Assembly (NCBI GenBank): GCA_041752695.1
Contig: JBGSVZ010000096.1
Location: forward strand, 1-57,740
Source: Terrimicrobiaceae bacterium
Lineage (GTDB): Bacteria; Verrucomicrobiota; Verrucomicrobiia; Chthoniobacterales; Terrimicrobiaceae
Direction: 5' to 3'
Length of the DNA: 57,740 bases
Part shown: positions 22,945 through 32,528 of the stretch, piece after piece
Numbering within the stretch: position 1 is the first letter of the stretch
Layout: every line of letters starts with the position of its first letter
Position numbers and translations under genes: made by a program
Notes under the pieces: generated by a model
What the model saw: only the letters and a program-made list of their open reading frames with translations
Databases searched by the model: none
What the model was told of the DNA's origin: nothing

Positions 22945-24021
22945 ATGTCCGAACCTCCCCTCCCCGTTGCCCTCGTCCGCCGGGGATATTCCGCCAGCGG
23001 CGGCGCTGAAGCCTACCTGCTGCGTCTGGCGGGAGGTCTGAAAAGCCGGGGTTGCCCGGTCACCCTCTACACTTCGGAAGACTGGCCGGAGGAGCGGTGG
23101 ACGTTCGGACCGCTCGTCCGGCTGAAAGGCAAATCTCCGCTGGCCTTTGCCGAAGCCTTCGCGGAAGCGAGGGAACCGGGACAGGCCACTCTCACCCTGG
23201 ATCGCGTGCCGGGCTGTGATGTTTTTCGCGCCGGCGATGGCGTCCATGCGGCCTGGCTTTATCGGCGCGGATTATTCGAACCGAAGTGGCGAAAATTCCT
23301 ACACCTGATCAACCCGAAACATCTCTCCATGATGCGACTGGAGTGCGAGGTGTTTCAGACCGTGCGTGCCGTCATTGCCAATTCCGAGATGGTCGCGGGT
23401 GAAATTGTGCGCTGGCAGGAATTTCCGCGCGAGCGCATCCATGTTGTCCCCAATGGCATTGGAACGGCGATCCCCTCGCAACCTCGCGAAGAAGCCCGCC
23501 GGAAACTCGGGCTGCCCGCGGATGCCTTCTGCGTGCTTTTCGTCGGTACGGGTTGGGAGCGCAAAGGGCTTAAATTTGCCATCAAAGCTGTGGAGTCCCT
23601 GGGTAAAAACGCCCTCCTCCTCGTCGCCGGCCGCGGACCGGAAAAACAGTACCGTTCCGCTTCTGCGAAATTTTTCGGACCCATGAGTGACCTTTCCGCC
23701 CTCTTCTCGGCGGCGGATGTTTTCACCCTGCCCACGATCTACGATCCGTTTTCCAATGCCTGCCTGGAAGCGCTCGCCGCTGGACTGCCGGTCGTCACGA
23801 CCAACGCCAACGGGTTTTCGGAAATCCTCACGCCCGGCGTGCACGGCGACGTGGTGAAAACCGGTGATGTCAGCGCCCTGGCGGACGCGCTGAGTCCGTG
23901 GAAGGGCCGGAATCGCGAAGACGTCTCGCGGGCCTGCCGTGCGCTTGCGGCGGGCTACACCATTGAGCGCAATGTCACGGCGACCCTGGCAGTGCTGGCC
24001 GGGGCAACAGGGCTTGCATGA
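22945..24021 (+). CDS. Glycosyltransferase family 4 (WaaG-like LPS core)
   Basis: GGAEAY, FRAGDGVH, RKGL, LPTIYDPFSNACLEA. Confidence 0.9.
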   Translation: MSEPPLPVALVRRGYSASGGAEAYLLRLAGGLKSRGCPVTLYTSEDWPEERWTFGPLVRLKGKSPLAFAEAFAEAREPGQATLTLDRVPGCDVFRAGDGVHAAWLYRRGLFEPKWRKFLHLINPKHLSMMRLECEVFQTVRAVIANSEMVAGEIVRWQEFPRERIHVVPNGIGTAIPSQPREEARRKLGLPADAFCVLFVGTGWERKGLKFAIKAVESLGKNALLLVAGRGPEKQYRSASAKFFGPMSDLSALFSAADVFTLPTIYDPFSNACLEALAAGLPVVTTNANGFSEILTPGVHGDVVKTGDVSALADALSPWKGRNREDVSRACRALAAGYTIERNVTATLAVLAGATGLA

Positions 24022-24691
24022 CAGCCTCGGTGTCCGACAGGTCATCAAACAAAAAATCGGGGATATATTCAGCGAGTTCCGCGCGTGAGTAGTTGCCGGT
24101 CGCGATGGCAACGGTTTTGGCCCCAAAGGCCATGCCGCATTCGATATCGCGCGGCGTGTCCCCAATCACATAAATGTGCTCGGGAGGAAATTCGACGCCG
24201 TGTTTTTCCAGCGCCCGGGCCATGGCAAATTTGCCAAGCTGGTTGCGGTCGTGGTGGTCGTCGGCAAAGGCGCCAAACTCGAAATAATCCCACACCCCAA
24301 AGTGTGTGAGTTTGATCTCCGCGCCGCGAACGACGTTTCCGGTGAGCAGGGCAACAATGCAATCCTCACGGCCCTTCAGACGATCCAGCAATTCGACAAT
24401 CCCGGGAAGCACGCGTCCCTCATGCTGGGGCAGGCGAAGTTTGAGATGATGCAGGTAGGAATCGATGAGGCCGGAGATGTTCTCCGCCGTGGCGGCAAAA
24501 CCATGGTGTTCCAGCAAAGACCTGGCAATGCGGGAATCCGTCGCCCCCGCGAGGGTAATCTCTCCCAAGCCTGCGGTAATGCCAAAGCGGTCGCGCAGGG
24601 CCTCGTCCAGAGCCTTTTCGCCCGCTCCGCCCGAGGTGATCAGAGTGCCGTCGATGTCGAAGAGCAGCAGATGCCGCCTAGTCTTCGTCAT
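23975..24691 (-). CDS. HAD family hydrolase
   Basis: LFDIDGTL, LLTGN, IGDTPRD. Confidence 0.92.
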   Translation of the reverse strand: MTKTRRHLLLFDIDGTLITSGGAGEKALDEALRDRFGITAGLGEITLAGATDSRIARSLLEHHGFAATAENISGLIDSYLHHLKLRLPQHEGRVLPGIVELLDRLKGREDCIVALLTGNVVRGAEIKLTHFGVWDYFEFGAFADDHHDRNQLGKFAMARALEKHGVEFPPEHIYVIGDTPRDIECGMAFGAKTVAIATGNYSRAELAEYIPDFLFDDLSDTEAVMQALLPRPALPGSP

Positions 24692-25268
24692 CTTCGTGAT
24701 CTTCGGCCTGGGGCTCGATCACTTCTCCAGCCTTGCTGAACTTGCGTTTGCGCTTGGCCGCAGGAAGCGGCGAGAGCGTCATGCCGATGGCCTTGCCGAC
24801 CAGCTTGGCGTCCATATCGACATGACCCATGGTGGCGAGGTCCTGTTTCACCCGCTTCACCACCAGCATGCCGAGCTCCTGGTGAGCCATTTCGCGGCCC
24901 CGGAACTGCAAATGGATTTTTACCTTGTTCCCCTTGTCGAGAAACTCCTCTGCATGCCGGATCTTCGTAATGTAGTCATGCTCAGCCACGTTGACCCGGA
25001 ACTTGACTTCCTTCACCCGGCCGGCGGTGTTTTTCTTTTCCTTCTCCTGCTTGGAGAGATCGTAGCGGAATTTGCCGAAATTCACGATGCGGCAGACTGG
25101 AGGCTGGGCATTGGCGGCAATCTCAATGAGATCGAGCCCAAGGGAACGGGCGTGCCGGAGGGCTTCGTCGATGCGCATCACCCCCAGTTGCTCGTTGGTG
25201 ATGCCGTTGATCACGCGCACTTCCCGTGCACGGATGCGTTCGTTGACACGAATGTCTTTTAAGTTAAT
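24678..25268 (-). CDS. infC: Translation initiation factor IF-3 (ATT start)
   Basis: RVNERIRAREVRVI, PPVCRI, KEVKFR, FRGRE; in-frame ATT at 25268 after GGAGGT, with no in-frame ATG upstream before a stop. Confidence 0.93.
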   Translation of the reverse strand: MNLKDIRVNERIRAREVRVINGITNEQLGVMRIDEALRHARSLGLDLIEIAANAQPPVCRIVNFGKFRYDLSKQEKEKKNTAGRVKEVKFRVNVAEHDYITKIRHAEEFLDKGNKVKIHLQFRGREMAHQELGMLVVKRVKQDLATMGHVDMDAKLVGKAIGMTLSPLPAAKRKRKFSKAGEVIEPQAEDHEDDED

Positions 25269-25624
25269 GGGACCTCCCGGTTGTACTTTGCATGAAAATT
25301 GGGCGAAGGAAAAATCTCATGCGAGAATCCTGCCACCGAACGACGGACGCGAAAACTGACAGCTCATGCGCGGCACGAGTTAGCTTTTGCGGAAAAGGGA
25401 TTGCATGAGGTCGTTCGAAAATCTGCGTTGGTTACCCCCGGGTTGAGGGGGGCGACCGACTGCGCGCAAGATGGCGAAAACACCCCTCCCCGCGCAAGAG
25501 GAAAATTCATTCTTTCCACCAGCATTATCCGTCGATGAGGGAAAACCCTCGCGCCTGTTGCGCAAATTCGCATACGCTCTGGCCACCCAGCCGTGTTTCT
25601 GATACGGTGGAGGGCTCTTCAAGA

Positions 25625-26212
25625 ATGGACGAAGCACCGGAAACCCCCGACGCGGAATTGGTTACCCGCACACAAGCGGGGGACCCGGATGCCTTTGACG
25701 AGCTTGTGATCCGGTATAGCAAGCGCCTGTACGGGCTCGTTTATAATATGACTTCGAACCACGAGGATACGAACGACCTCCTGCAGGACGTCTTCGCCAA
25801 GGCCTACCGGTCCATCAAGGGGTTCCAGAGCAAATCGAGCTTCTACACCTGGATGCACTCCATCGCGGTCAACATGACCATCAATTTTCTGAAAAAACGC
25901 GGCCGCCGCCAGAATACCAGCCTGGACGACGAGGATGCGGGCATCCAGTACGACAAGGAGTTCCTGGAAGCGACGGAGAGCAGCGACCCCCGCCGGGAGG
26001 CCAATCTCTCGGAACTTCAACAAAGATTGAACGAGGCCTTGCAAAAGCTGTCTCACGAACATAGAGCGGTGGTAACAATGTTCGATATTCAAGGCATGCC
26101 CCATGCGGAAATCGCCAAAATCCTTGGCATTTCAGAGGGCACTGTCCGGTCTCGACTCTTTTACGCGCACCGTCAGTTGCAAAATTACCTGGAAGAGTTT
26201 ATCAAAAAATAG
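25625..26212 (+). CDS. ECF RNA polymerase sigma factor
   Basis: DLLQDVFAKAY, SSFYTW, EIAKILGISEGTVRSRLFYA. Confidence 0.95.
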   Translation: MDEAPETPDAELVTRTQAGDPDAFDELVIRYSKRLYGLVYNMTSNHEDTNDLLQDVFAKAYRSIKGFQSKSSFYTWMHSIAVNMTINFLKKRGRRQNTSLDDEDAGIQYDKEFLEATESSDPRREANLSELQQRLNEALQKLSHEHRAVVTMFDIQGMPHAEIAKILGISEGTVRSRLFYAHRQLQNYLEEFIKK

Positions 26213-26220
26213 GAACGAAC

Positions 26221-26661
26221 ATGGGAGAAGAATTGAACATCTCGGAGTTGTTGCGGCAGAAGCAATTCGAACAGCCGCCACAGGAATATTTCGACAAATT
26301 TCTCCGCGACTTCCGGCGCCGCCAGAGGGCGGAGCTCATCCACCGCTCCACGTGGGAAATCCTCTGGGACCGCATTTCCTCCATCGCCCCGAGCTTCCGG
26401 GTTCCCCAAGTCGCCTACGCGACCATTGCCGTGGTCGCCGCCTCGGCCTCCACGTTCATCCTCACCCGCCAGCCCGCCACGACCGCCGCCATTGCCGCCG
26501 TCTCCGAGGCACCCGCTTCGAGCACCTTTTCGCTGACTTCGTCCAAACCCGTCACCATCGGTGACACCCGCGCGGCCTCAGCACGGCCGTCAGGGTCGAT
26601 GCCCTCGCATTACGTGCTTGAGTCCAGGCCGGTAAGTAATGAGCAACCGCTCAGTTTTTAA
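26221..26661 (+). CDS. Putative membrane anti-sigma factor
   Basis: Single TM segment; directly follows the ECF sigma. Confidence 0.6.
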   Translation: MGEELNISELLRQKQFEQPPQEYFDKFLRDFRRRQRAELIHRSTWEILWDRISSIAPSFRVPQVAYATIAVVAASASTFILTRQPATTAAIAAVSEAPASSTFSLTSSKPVTIGDTRAASARPSGSMPSHYVLESRPVSNEQPLSF

Positions 26662-27685
26662 GCGGCTCCCGCTCTCTCGGGACGCCCTTTTCCTTGCCCT
26701 GACCCTCCTTGCGGTCTCCCCGCTCTGCGCGGAGGACAACCTGAGCGACAGAATCTCCGGCGAGGTCAGGCGCGTTTTCGACGAACGTCGCAACGCTGTG
26801 GTGCGGATTGAAGCGTATGACCAGCACGGCAAGCTGAGCGGCACGGGATTTTTCGCCGATCCGGCCGGCACCATTTACACCCTCGCCGGCATCGTGGCGA
26901 ACGCAGACGAGATTTACATTGTGCAGGGGGAGAAAAAAATCCGAGCCCAGTTGCTCGTCGCCGACGCCCGCAGCGGAGTGGCGCTGATCAAAGCCGACTG
27001 CCAATCCGCCTTTATCCCGGTGGGAAGCGCGGCAAAACTTTCGCTCGCCTCCCCGGTCATGGCCATTGGCTTCCCGATGGAGATGGATGCCACCCCGAGC
27101 TTCGGCATCATCGGTGGGTTCGACCGCAAGTTTCTCGGCAAATATTTTGTCACCACCCACCTCCTCGCCAACATGCCCGTCCAGGCAGGCTTCAGCGGCG
27201 CTCCCCTGCTGAACCTGAACGGTGAGGCCATTGGCATTATCATCGCCGGCATTGGCGGAGGCGGGGCCTGCTTTGCGCTGCCCATCGAAGCCGCCGAAAA
27301 AATCCGTATGGACTATGCCCGTTTCGGCAGCGCACGCCACGGTTGGGTCGGCGTCACCATCGAGGAGAGCCCGGAGGAGGTTGGCGGTTCGCATGTGCGG
27401 GTGACCGAACTCGGCCCCGACACACCCGCCTCTCAGGCGGGCATTAAAGACGGCGACATTCTGCTGCAAGTCGGCAACGTCAAAGTCACAACCGCGGAAG
27501 ACGTGATCGACGCAGCCTACTTTTTGACCGCCGAAGACACCGTGAAAGTCACCGTTTCCCGGGACGGTCAGACGCTCGACATTGATGTCCGGTCCAAACT
27601 GCATCCCGCCACCGACGTGCGCGAACCGAACATCGGCGTGATCGAATCCCTAACCGACAGCCTCAAGCTCGGCGGCGGCAAATAA
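26639..27685 (+). CDS. HtrA/S1C-like trypsin + PDZ protein with degenerate catalytic triad
   Basis: SGTGF, AIGFP, GFSGAPL, GWVGV PDZ loop, PASQAGIKDGD. Confidence 0.85.
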   Translation: MSNRSVFKRLPLSRDALFLALTLLAVSPLCAEDNLSDRISGEVRRVFDERRNAVVRIEAYDQHGKLSGTGFFADPAGTIYTLAGIVANADEIYIVQGEKKIRAQLLVADARSGVALIKADCQSAFIPVGSAAKLSLASPVMAIGFPMEMDATPSFGIIGGFDRKFLGKYFVTTHLLANMPVQAGFSGAPLLNLNGEAIGIIIAGIGGGGACFALPIEAAEKIRMDYARFGSARHGWVGVTIEESPEEVGGSHVRVTELGPDTPASQAGIKDGDILLQVGNVKVTTAEDVIDAAYFLTAEDTVKVTVSRDGQTLDIDVRSKLHPATDVREPNIGVIESLTDSLKLGGGK

Positions 27686-27690
27686 TCTGC

Positions 27691-27717
27691 GTGGCATCGG
27701 CAGGATGCGGATGCCAC
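27691..27717. repeat. REP-like hairpin, possible terminator
   Basis: GTGGCATCGGCAGGATGCGGATGCCAC. Confidence 0.7.
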
Positions 27718-27762
27718 TTAATTAAGAAAGGGGGGCCAGCCCGCAGGCAGCCGTTTCGGCCA

Positions 27763-27850
27763 GATCTCGCCCGCGCAATGTTCCAGGATCAATTTTCATC
27801 GATCCTCGAAAGTCGGAGCCGCCAGCATTTCCCCACTCGCCATCGCCTGA
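27763..27850 (-). pseudogene. 88-bp diverged duplicate of an internal dusB segment (29919-30006)
   Basis: 79/88 identical by hand alignment, no gaps; TGG>TGA stop. Confidence 0.9.
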
Positions 27851-27901
27851 TTTTTGCGCCATTGCCTTCTCATGGGGCCCCCGTAGTCTCTCCTCATCAG
27901 A

Positions 27902-29743
27902 ATGAAAACCTTCGCGCAGTGGACTCTCACCCTGGTCCTTCCATGGGGAACGCTCCTTCATGCGTCAGAACCTCCGGTCTATTCCATCCAGGAAGTGGCG
28001 ACGGGCACAACCGCGGCGGATGCCTCAGTCGCCTGGGCTATCAATTCCGAAGGCGACGTCGCCGGGTGGTTTCGGCACGTCTATCCTGCCACCGGGGGAA
28101 GTGCTTTAGTTTCCATCGACGGAACAACCGAATTGTTTTTTGGACCCTCGGGCGAGGGGGCGTGGGCGTTCGATATCAACGATGCTGGGACGGTCGTCGG
28201 GATTGAATTCCTGGGGTCCACGAATCGGGCATTCGCCATCTTGGAGGGATCTCCGGTCGACTTAGGCACGCTCGGGGGAAATTTTGCGGAAGCACTAGGA
28301 ATCAATGCCGCCGGTCAAATTGTCGGTCGAAGCGATACGGTGGGAGCACCTTCGGTCGTCCGTCCGTTCATCTATGAAGATGGCATCATGACCGATCTGG
28401 GCGGGCTACGAGGAATGTCCAGCACTGGGACAGCTTACGATATCAACTCCTTTGGAACGGCTGCGGGAGAAAGTGACGGAAAACCGGTGCTCTTTCGGAA
28501 TGGGGAAGTCGTTGATCTTTCCGGGCAAATCACCCGTCTCTATGGAATACCGAGCGACGCGGCAACGGGAGTCGTACTGGCTTTGAACGACAGTGAAACG
28601 GGTGTGGGACTCATTCTTTCCAACCCCTACGATTATCGGTACCCCACCAAAGGGACGGGCGCGATTTTCCAAGACGGACAAATCATTCCCCTGACCGATA
28701 ATTGGATCAGCGCCACGGCCAGAGACATCAATTCTCGCGGAGATATCGTCGGCGAGATCCCCGGATCTTCCTACTATGGCGGAATTTCCCCCTATGTGCT
28801 CAGGGACGGTGTATTTTATCATTTGCGCGAACTGCTCGAACCGGGCTCGACCATAATCCCAGTGTCGGCGCATGCCATCAATGACGCTGGGCAAATTGCG
28901 GGCTTCTCGTATGCGATTTGCGAGAGAGCGGTCGTTATGACGCCCACGGGCGCGACACGACAAAACACGGTGGCTGCCCCGTCCTTTTCCCCGGTGACCG
29001 GCAACTACACCACCAATTCCGTGAAAGTGACAATAGATTGCGCAACACAAGGCGCGACGATTCGTTGGGTGTATGGTTCTTCTCCTGTCACAGAAACGTC
29101 TCCTCTTTACACAAGCCCGTTTGTGATAAGTGGCGACCACATCATCAGTGCAAAAGCCTTCAAGCCGGGAAAAAGTCCGAGTCCGACCGGGACGATTATC
29201 CTCAACCGGGTGTTCGCCGCCGCCGCCAAACCAATTATCAAGCCGCCTTCAGGAACTTACACAGGCGCCGTCAAGGCAACCGCGACATGCGCCACAAAAG
29301 GAGTCGTGCTCCTTTACACCCTTGATGGTAGCGAGCCGACATATCGATCCCCAGGCGTGGGGAAAGGCGTTCTTATCCACGAGTCCTCCACCCTAAAAGT
29401 GGCCGCTTTCCCCAGGGGGGCAACCCCCCTGAATCAGAGTGCCACGGCAATCGCCAATTATTCCATCGGTGCATCCGCAAAAACCGCGGCATCACCAGTG
29501 ATCACGCCGGGTTCGGGCACGTATCCCCGAGGCACCAAAATTAAAATCGCGACAAATCAGAAGGGCGCGAAAATACTCTTTTCAGCGCAGCTCGGTGAGG
29601 AAACACCCTCGTCCCCCACCGAGGAATATCCCAAACCCATCGAGCTTTATCATACGGGAACTTGGACAATAAGAGCCCGCACGGTGGCGACGGGATTTAA
29701 TGCCAGTCCGGTCGTTACCGCAACTTTCACTGTCCCACAATAG
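27902..29743 (+). CDS. Secreted HAF-repeat protein with C-terminal FN3-associated domains
   Basis: Repeated AxxINxxGxIVG and DLGTLGG; YTLDGSEPT. Confidence 0.85.
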   Translation: MKTFAQWTLTLVLPWGTLLHASEPPVYSIQEVATGTTAADASVAWAINSEGDVAGWFRHVYPATGGSALVSIDGTTELFFGPSGEGAWAFDINDAGTVVGIEFLGSTNRAFAILEGSPVDLGTLGGNFAEALGINAAGQIVGRSDTVGAPSVVRPFIYEDGIMTDLGGLRGMSSTGTAYDINSFGTAAGESDGKPVLFRNGEVVDLSGQITRLYGIPSDAATGVVLALNDSETGVGLILSNPYDYRYPTKGTGAIFQDGQIIPLTDNWISATARDINSRGDIVGEIPGSSYYGGISPYVLRDGVFYHLRELLEPGSTIIPVSAHAINDAGQIAGFSYAICERAVVMTPTGATRQNTVAAPSFSPVTGNYTTNSVKVTIDCATQGATIRWVYGSSPVTETSPLYTSPFVISGDHIISAKAFKPGKSPSPTGTIILNRVFAAAAKPIIKPPSGTYTGAVKATATCATKGVVLLYTLDGSEPTYRSPGVGKGVLIHESSTLKVAAFPRGATPLNQSATAIANYSIGASAKTAASPVITPGSGTYPRGTKIKIATNQKGAKILFSAQLGEETPSSPTEEYPKPIELYHTGTWTIRARTVATGFNASPVVTATFTVPQ

Positions 29744-30710
29744 CTCCACTTTCGTCAGCAGCCGCCAGATGCCCCGCGGCAATCTCTTCGAGTTCCATCA
29801 GCGTTCCGACATGCGACAGCCGCTCGCGCAGTCTCGCACTACCCGGCAGGCCCTTGGTATAGGCCATTAACCGCGCGCGCATCGCTTTCATGGCCAGCTC
29901 CTCGTCGCCTCTCCAGGCGATCTCGCCCGCGCAGTGCTCAAGGATCAATTTCCAGCGATCCTCCAAAGTCGGAGCCGCCAACATCTCCCCACCCGCCATC
30001 GCCTGACGGATTTCGGAAAAAATCCACGGCGACGCCATCGCGGCGCGGCCAATCATCACGCCGGACACGCCTGTTTCCCGGCGCCGGCGCAGCACGTCTG
30101 CCGCACAGGAAATATCGCCGTTGCCAATCACCGGAATGGAAACCGCGGCCGCCACCTCGCCAATTACACTCCAGTCGGCCTCGCCAGTATAACCTTGCGC
30201 CTTTGTGCGACCATGCACCGCAATGCGCTGTATTCCGCAGTCTTGGAGAAGGCCGGCCGTCTGCACCGCGTTGACGGAATGCTCGTCCCAGCCGATGCGA
30301 ATTTTTGCCGTCACCGGAAGAGGAGCCGCCGCGCGCACCACGGCTTCCGCCACCCGGGCCAGCAGCGGACAGTCTTTTAACAAGGCCGAGCCGCCATTGC
30401 GGCTGACGACTTTGTTCACCGGACAGCCAAAATTCAGATCCAAAAAATCCGGTCCCACCCAATCGATCACCGCCCGCGCAGCCTCCGCAAGGTGGTCCGG
30501 GTCGGCACCAAAGAGCTGCACGCCCAGCGGACGTTCCTCTTCCTGAAACTCCAGGTAATATTTGGTCCGCGCGTTCCGATGCAAGATGCCCTCCGCGGAA
30601 ACGAATTCCGTGGTCAAAACATCCGCCCCTTTCGCCTTGCAGATGCGCCGGAAGACGGTGTTCGTCACACCGGCCATCGGCGCCAAAAACAAGGGAAAAT
30701 CCACAGGCAT
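29727..30710 (-). CDS. dusB: tRNA-dihydrouridine synthase
   Basis: LAPMAGVT, DLNFGCP, VHGRT, IGNGDI, GVMIGR. Confidence 0.9.
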   Translation of the reverse strand: MPVDFPLFLAPMAGVTNTVFRRICKAKGADVLTTEFVSAEGILHRNARTKYYLEFQEEERPLGVQLFGADPDHLAEAARAVIDWVGPDFLDLNFGCPVNKVVSRNGGSALLKDCPLLARVAEAVVRAAAPLPVTAKIRIGWDEHSVNAVQTAGLLQDCGIQRIAVHGRTKAQGYTGEADWSVIGEVAAAVSIPVIGNGDISCAADVLRRRRETGVSGVMIGRAAMASPWIFSEIRQAMAGGEMLAAPTLEDRWKLILEHCAGEIAWRGDEELAMKAMRARLMAYTKGLPGSARLRERLSHVGTLMELEEIAAGHLAAADESGAIVGQ

Positions 30711-30788
30711 CCGGAAGCCTAGCAGCCACCCCCAGATTGCACAATGCCGACCAATGAGTCCGGCTCTCGCCCGTCGACAAGCAGCGCC

Positions 30789-30816
30789 CTCCAATTTCCG
30801 AACTCCGAACTTCGAT
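30789..30816. repeat. Short CTCCGAA-family heptamer array
   Basis: ctccaat ttccgaa ctccgaa cttcgat. Confidence 0.65.
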
Positions 30817-30823
30817 CTCCGGC

Positions 30824-31333
30824 CTACGCCGCCTGGTCACCAAAACCCGAGCTTCCCGCCAGCAATTCGCTCACCTCAAGTTGCACCTCAGGTATGCGAT
30901 CGAAGGACAGATGCGGATTCGTCAGCACGAAAATCTCCCCGGTTTTCACCTGTTCATAGACAAGCATATCCTGATCGTTGGACTCCACCGTCCGGAGGAG
31001 GCGCTTGCGTTCGAGCATGAGAGCAAGAATGTATTGCGCGTTGGCGTGGGCGGGATTTTGTTCGGCCACCAGCTTGCGCAGAAGTCCCTCGGCGTCGTCC
31101 TTGGCCATAGGCTCGGGCGGCAGCGGGGCCGGCGGCTCGTATTTTGACCTCCAGAAGGAAAAGGGCTGCAGATTTTCATTCCGCTCCTTCCACGCGGCCT
31201 CGCTGAGGTCTTCCCGGCGATATCCTTCACCATCCCGGAAGAGCAGCGTGTAAAAAAATTCGCCCTCGGTGAATTGGTGGCCGGTTCGCGAACACACATG
31301 TCCGCGCGATTTGATTTCCCAGTCGCTTTGCAT
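30824..31333 (-). CDS. Hypothetical protein
   Basis: 169 aa, operonic between the LptF/G gene and dusB, protein-like composition. Confidence 0.8.
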   Translation of the reverse strand: MQSDWEIKSRGHVCSRTGHQFTEGEFFYTLLFRDGEGYRREDLSEAAWKERNENLQPFSFWRSKYEPPAPLPPEPMAKDDAEGLLRKLVAEQNPAHANAQYILALMLERKRLLRTVESNDQDMLVYEQVKTGEIFVLTNPHLSFDRIPEVQLEVSELLAGSSGFGDQAA

Positions 31334-31334
31334 G

Positions 31335-32465
31335 TCAGGTCATCCAGGGCAGTTTGATTTTGGGCAGGTCCCGGTTGGTCGAGCGATACCACAGGAGCCA
31401 GAAGCCGATCAGAAAATAGATCGCCAACGGTCCCCAGGCCGCCACCAGCGGCGACACGCGACTCCCCTTGCCAAGAGCAATGAAAAGGCTGCTGAAAAAG
31501 ACGAAGGAAAAGAACAGGGCAATGGCCGTGGCAACCCCTCCGAGGATGCCGCGACGGGAATAAACAATGCCCATCGGTGCGGCCAGAAACACCACCAGCA
31601 GACACACCCAGGGCAGTGCCCAGCGATATTGTTGATGGGTCCGGTAAGCCGCCAGGCGGGTGTCCGGGAAATCCGCATTGAAATGCAGGTAGGCATTTAA
31701 CTCATCCACCGAAAGGTAATCCGGCTTCATCACCGAACTGGCAATGCGCCAGGGGGTTTCGCTCCAGCCGGGAACCACCAGGTTGTCGAAAAACTCCGAT
31801 CTGGTCACCTTCCCCTCGACATTCATCTCCACATATTTCCCCCGGCTCAGGCTCCAGTTTTTCGAGGTCGGCTCAAAAAGGGCCTCCCGCGCATACCAAG
31901 ACTGAACGATATTGTGCTCCGCATCCTCCTGCAAAATCTGGACGTCGAAAAGGCGTTCGTCATCCACCGCCACGCGCCGAATGAACCATGTGCGAGAATC
32001 TTCGCGATTGCGAAAAAGGTGTCCGGAAATCCCGGTCTGGATCGCCTTGCCGCGCTTGATCTCCCGCAGCATCTGCTTTTTGACCATCGCCGCGTGCGGG
32101 GCGTCCGCGTAGTTAAAGTAGGTCGTGACCGCGACGAGCACCAACCCGACCCCAAAGAGCGGAAGCAGGATGCGGTTGACGCTCAATCCAGCGCCCAGCA
32201 TGGAAATAATTTCGTTGGTCCGGGACATCGCGGTGAGCGCATACAGCAGCGCGAGCAGAGCCCCGATAGGCAGGGAAATCACAATGATCTCGGGAATCTG
32301 CGATCTATAATAGGTGAGCAGGACGCCAAATCCCACCTTGCCCTGCAAAAAGTCCTGGAGATTATCGCTCAGGTCGAAAATGAACCAGATGGCGATAAAG
32401 CCGAAAAAACAGTAGATGAACGGCAGCAGAAACTTTTGCAGCACATAGCGGTCGAGTATTCTCAT
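31335..32465 (-). CDS. LptF/LptG family LPS export permease
   Basis: MRILDRYVL, MSRTNEIISMLGAGLS, AAWGP; only the C-terminal part of the 1068-aa ORF is real. Confidence 0.92.
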   Translation of the reverse strand: MRILDRYVLQKFLLPFIYCFFGFIAIWFIFDLSDNLQDFLQGKVGFGVLLTYYRSQIPEIIVISLPIGALLALLYALTAMSRTNEIISMLGAGLSVNRILLPLFGVGLVLVAVTTYFNYADAPHAAMVKKQMLREIKRGKAIQTGISGHLFRNREDSRTWFIRRVAVDDERLFDVQILQEDAEHNIVQSWYAREALFEPTSKNWSLSRGKYVEMNVEGKVTRSEFFDNLVVPGWSETPWRIASSVMKPDYLSVDELNAYLHFNADFPDTRLAAYRTHQQYRWALPWVCLLVVFLAAPMGIVYSRRGILGGVATAIALFFSFVFFSSLFIALGKGSRVSPLVAAWGPLAIYFLIGFWLLWYRSTNRDLPKIKLPWMT

Positions 32466-32528
32466 CGTTGAGGAACGAATATCAGTAATGGCCATCCCAA
32501 ACACAGTCAACCAACCTCCGCACCTCCC

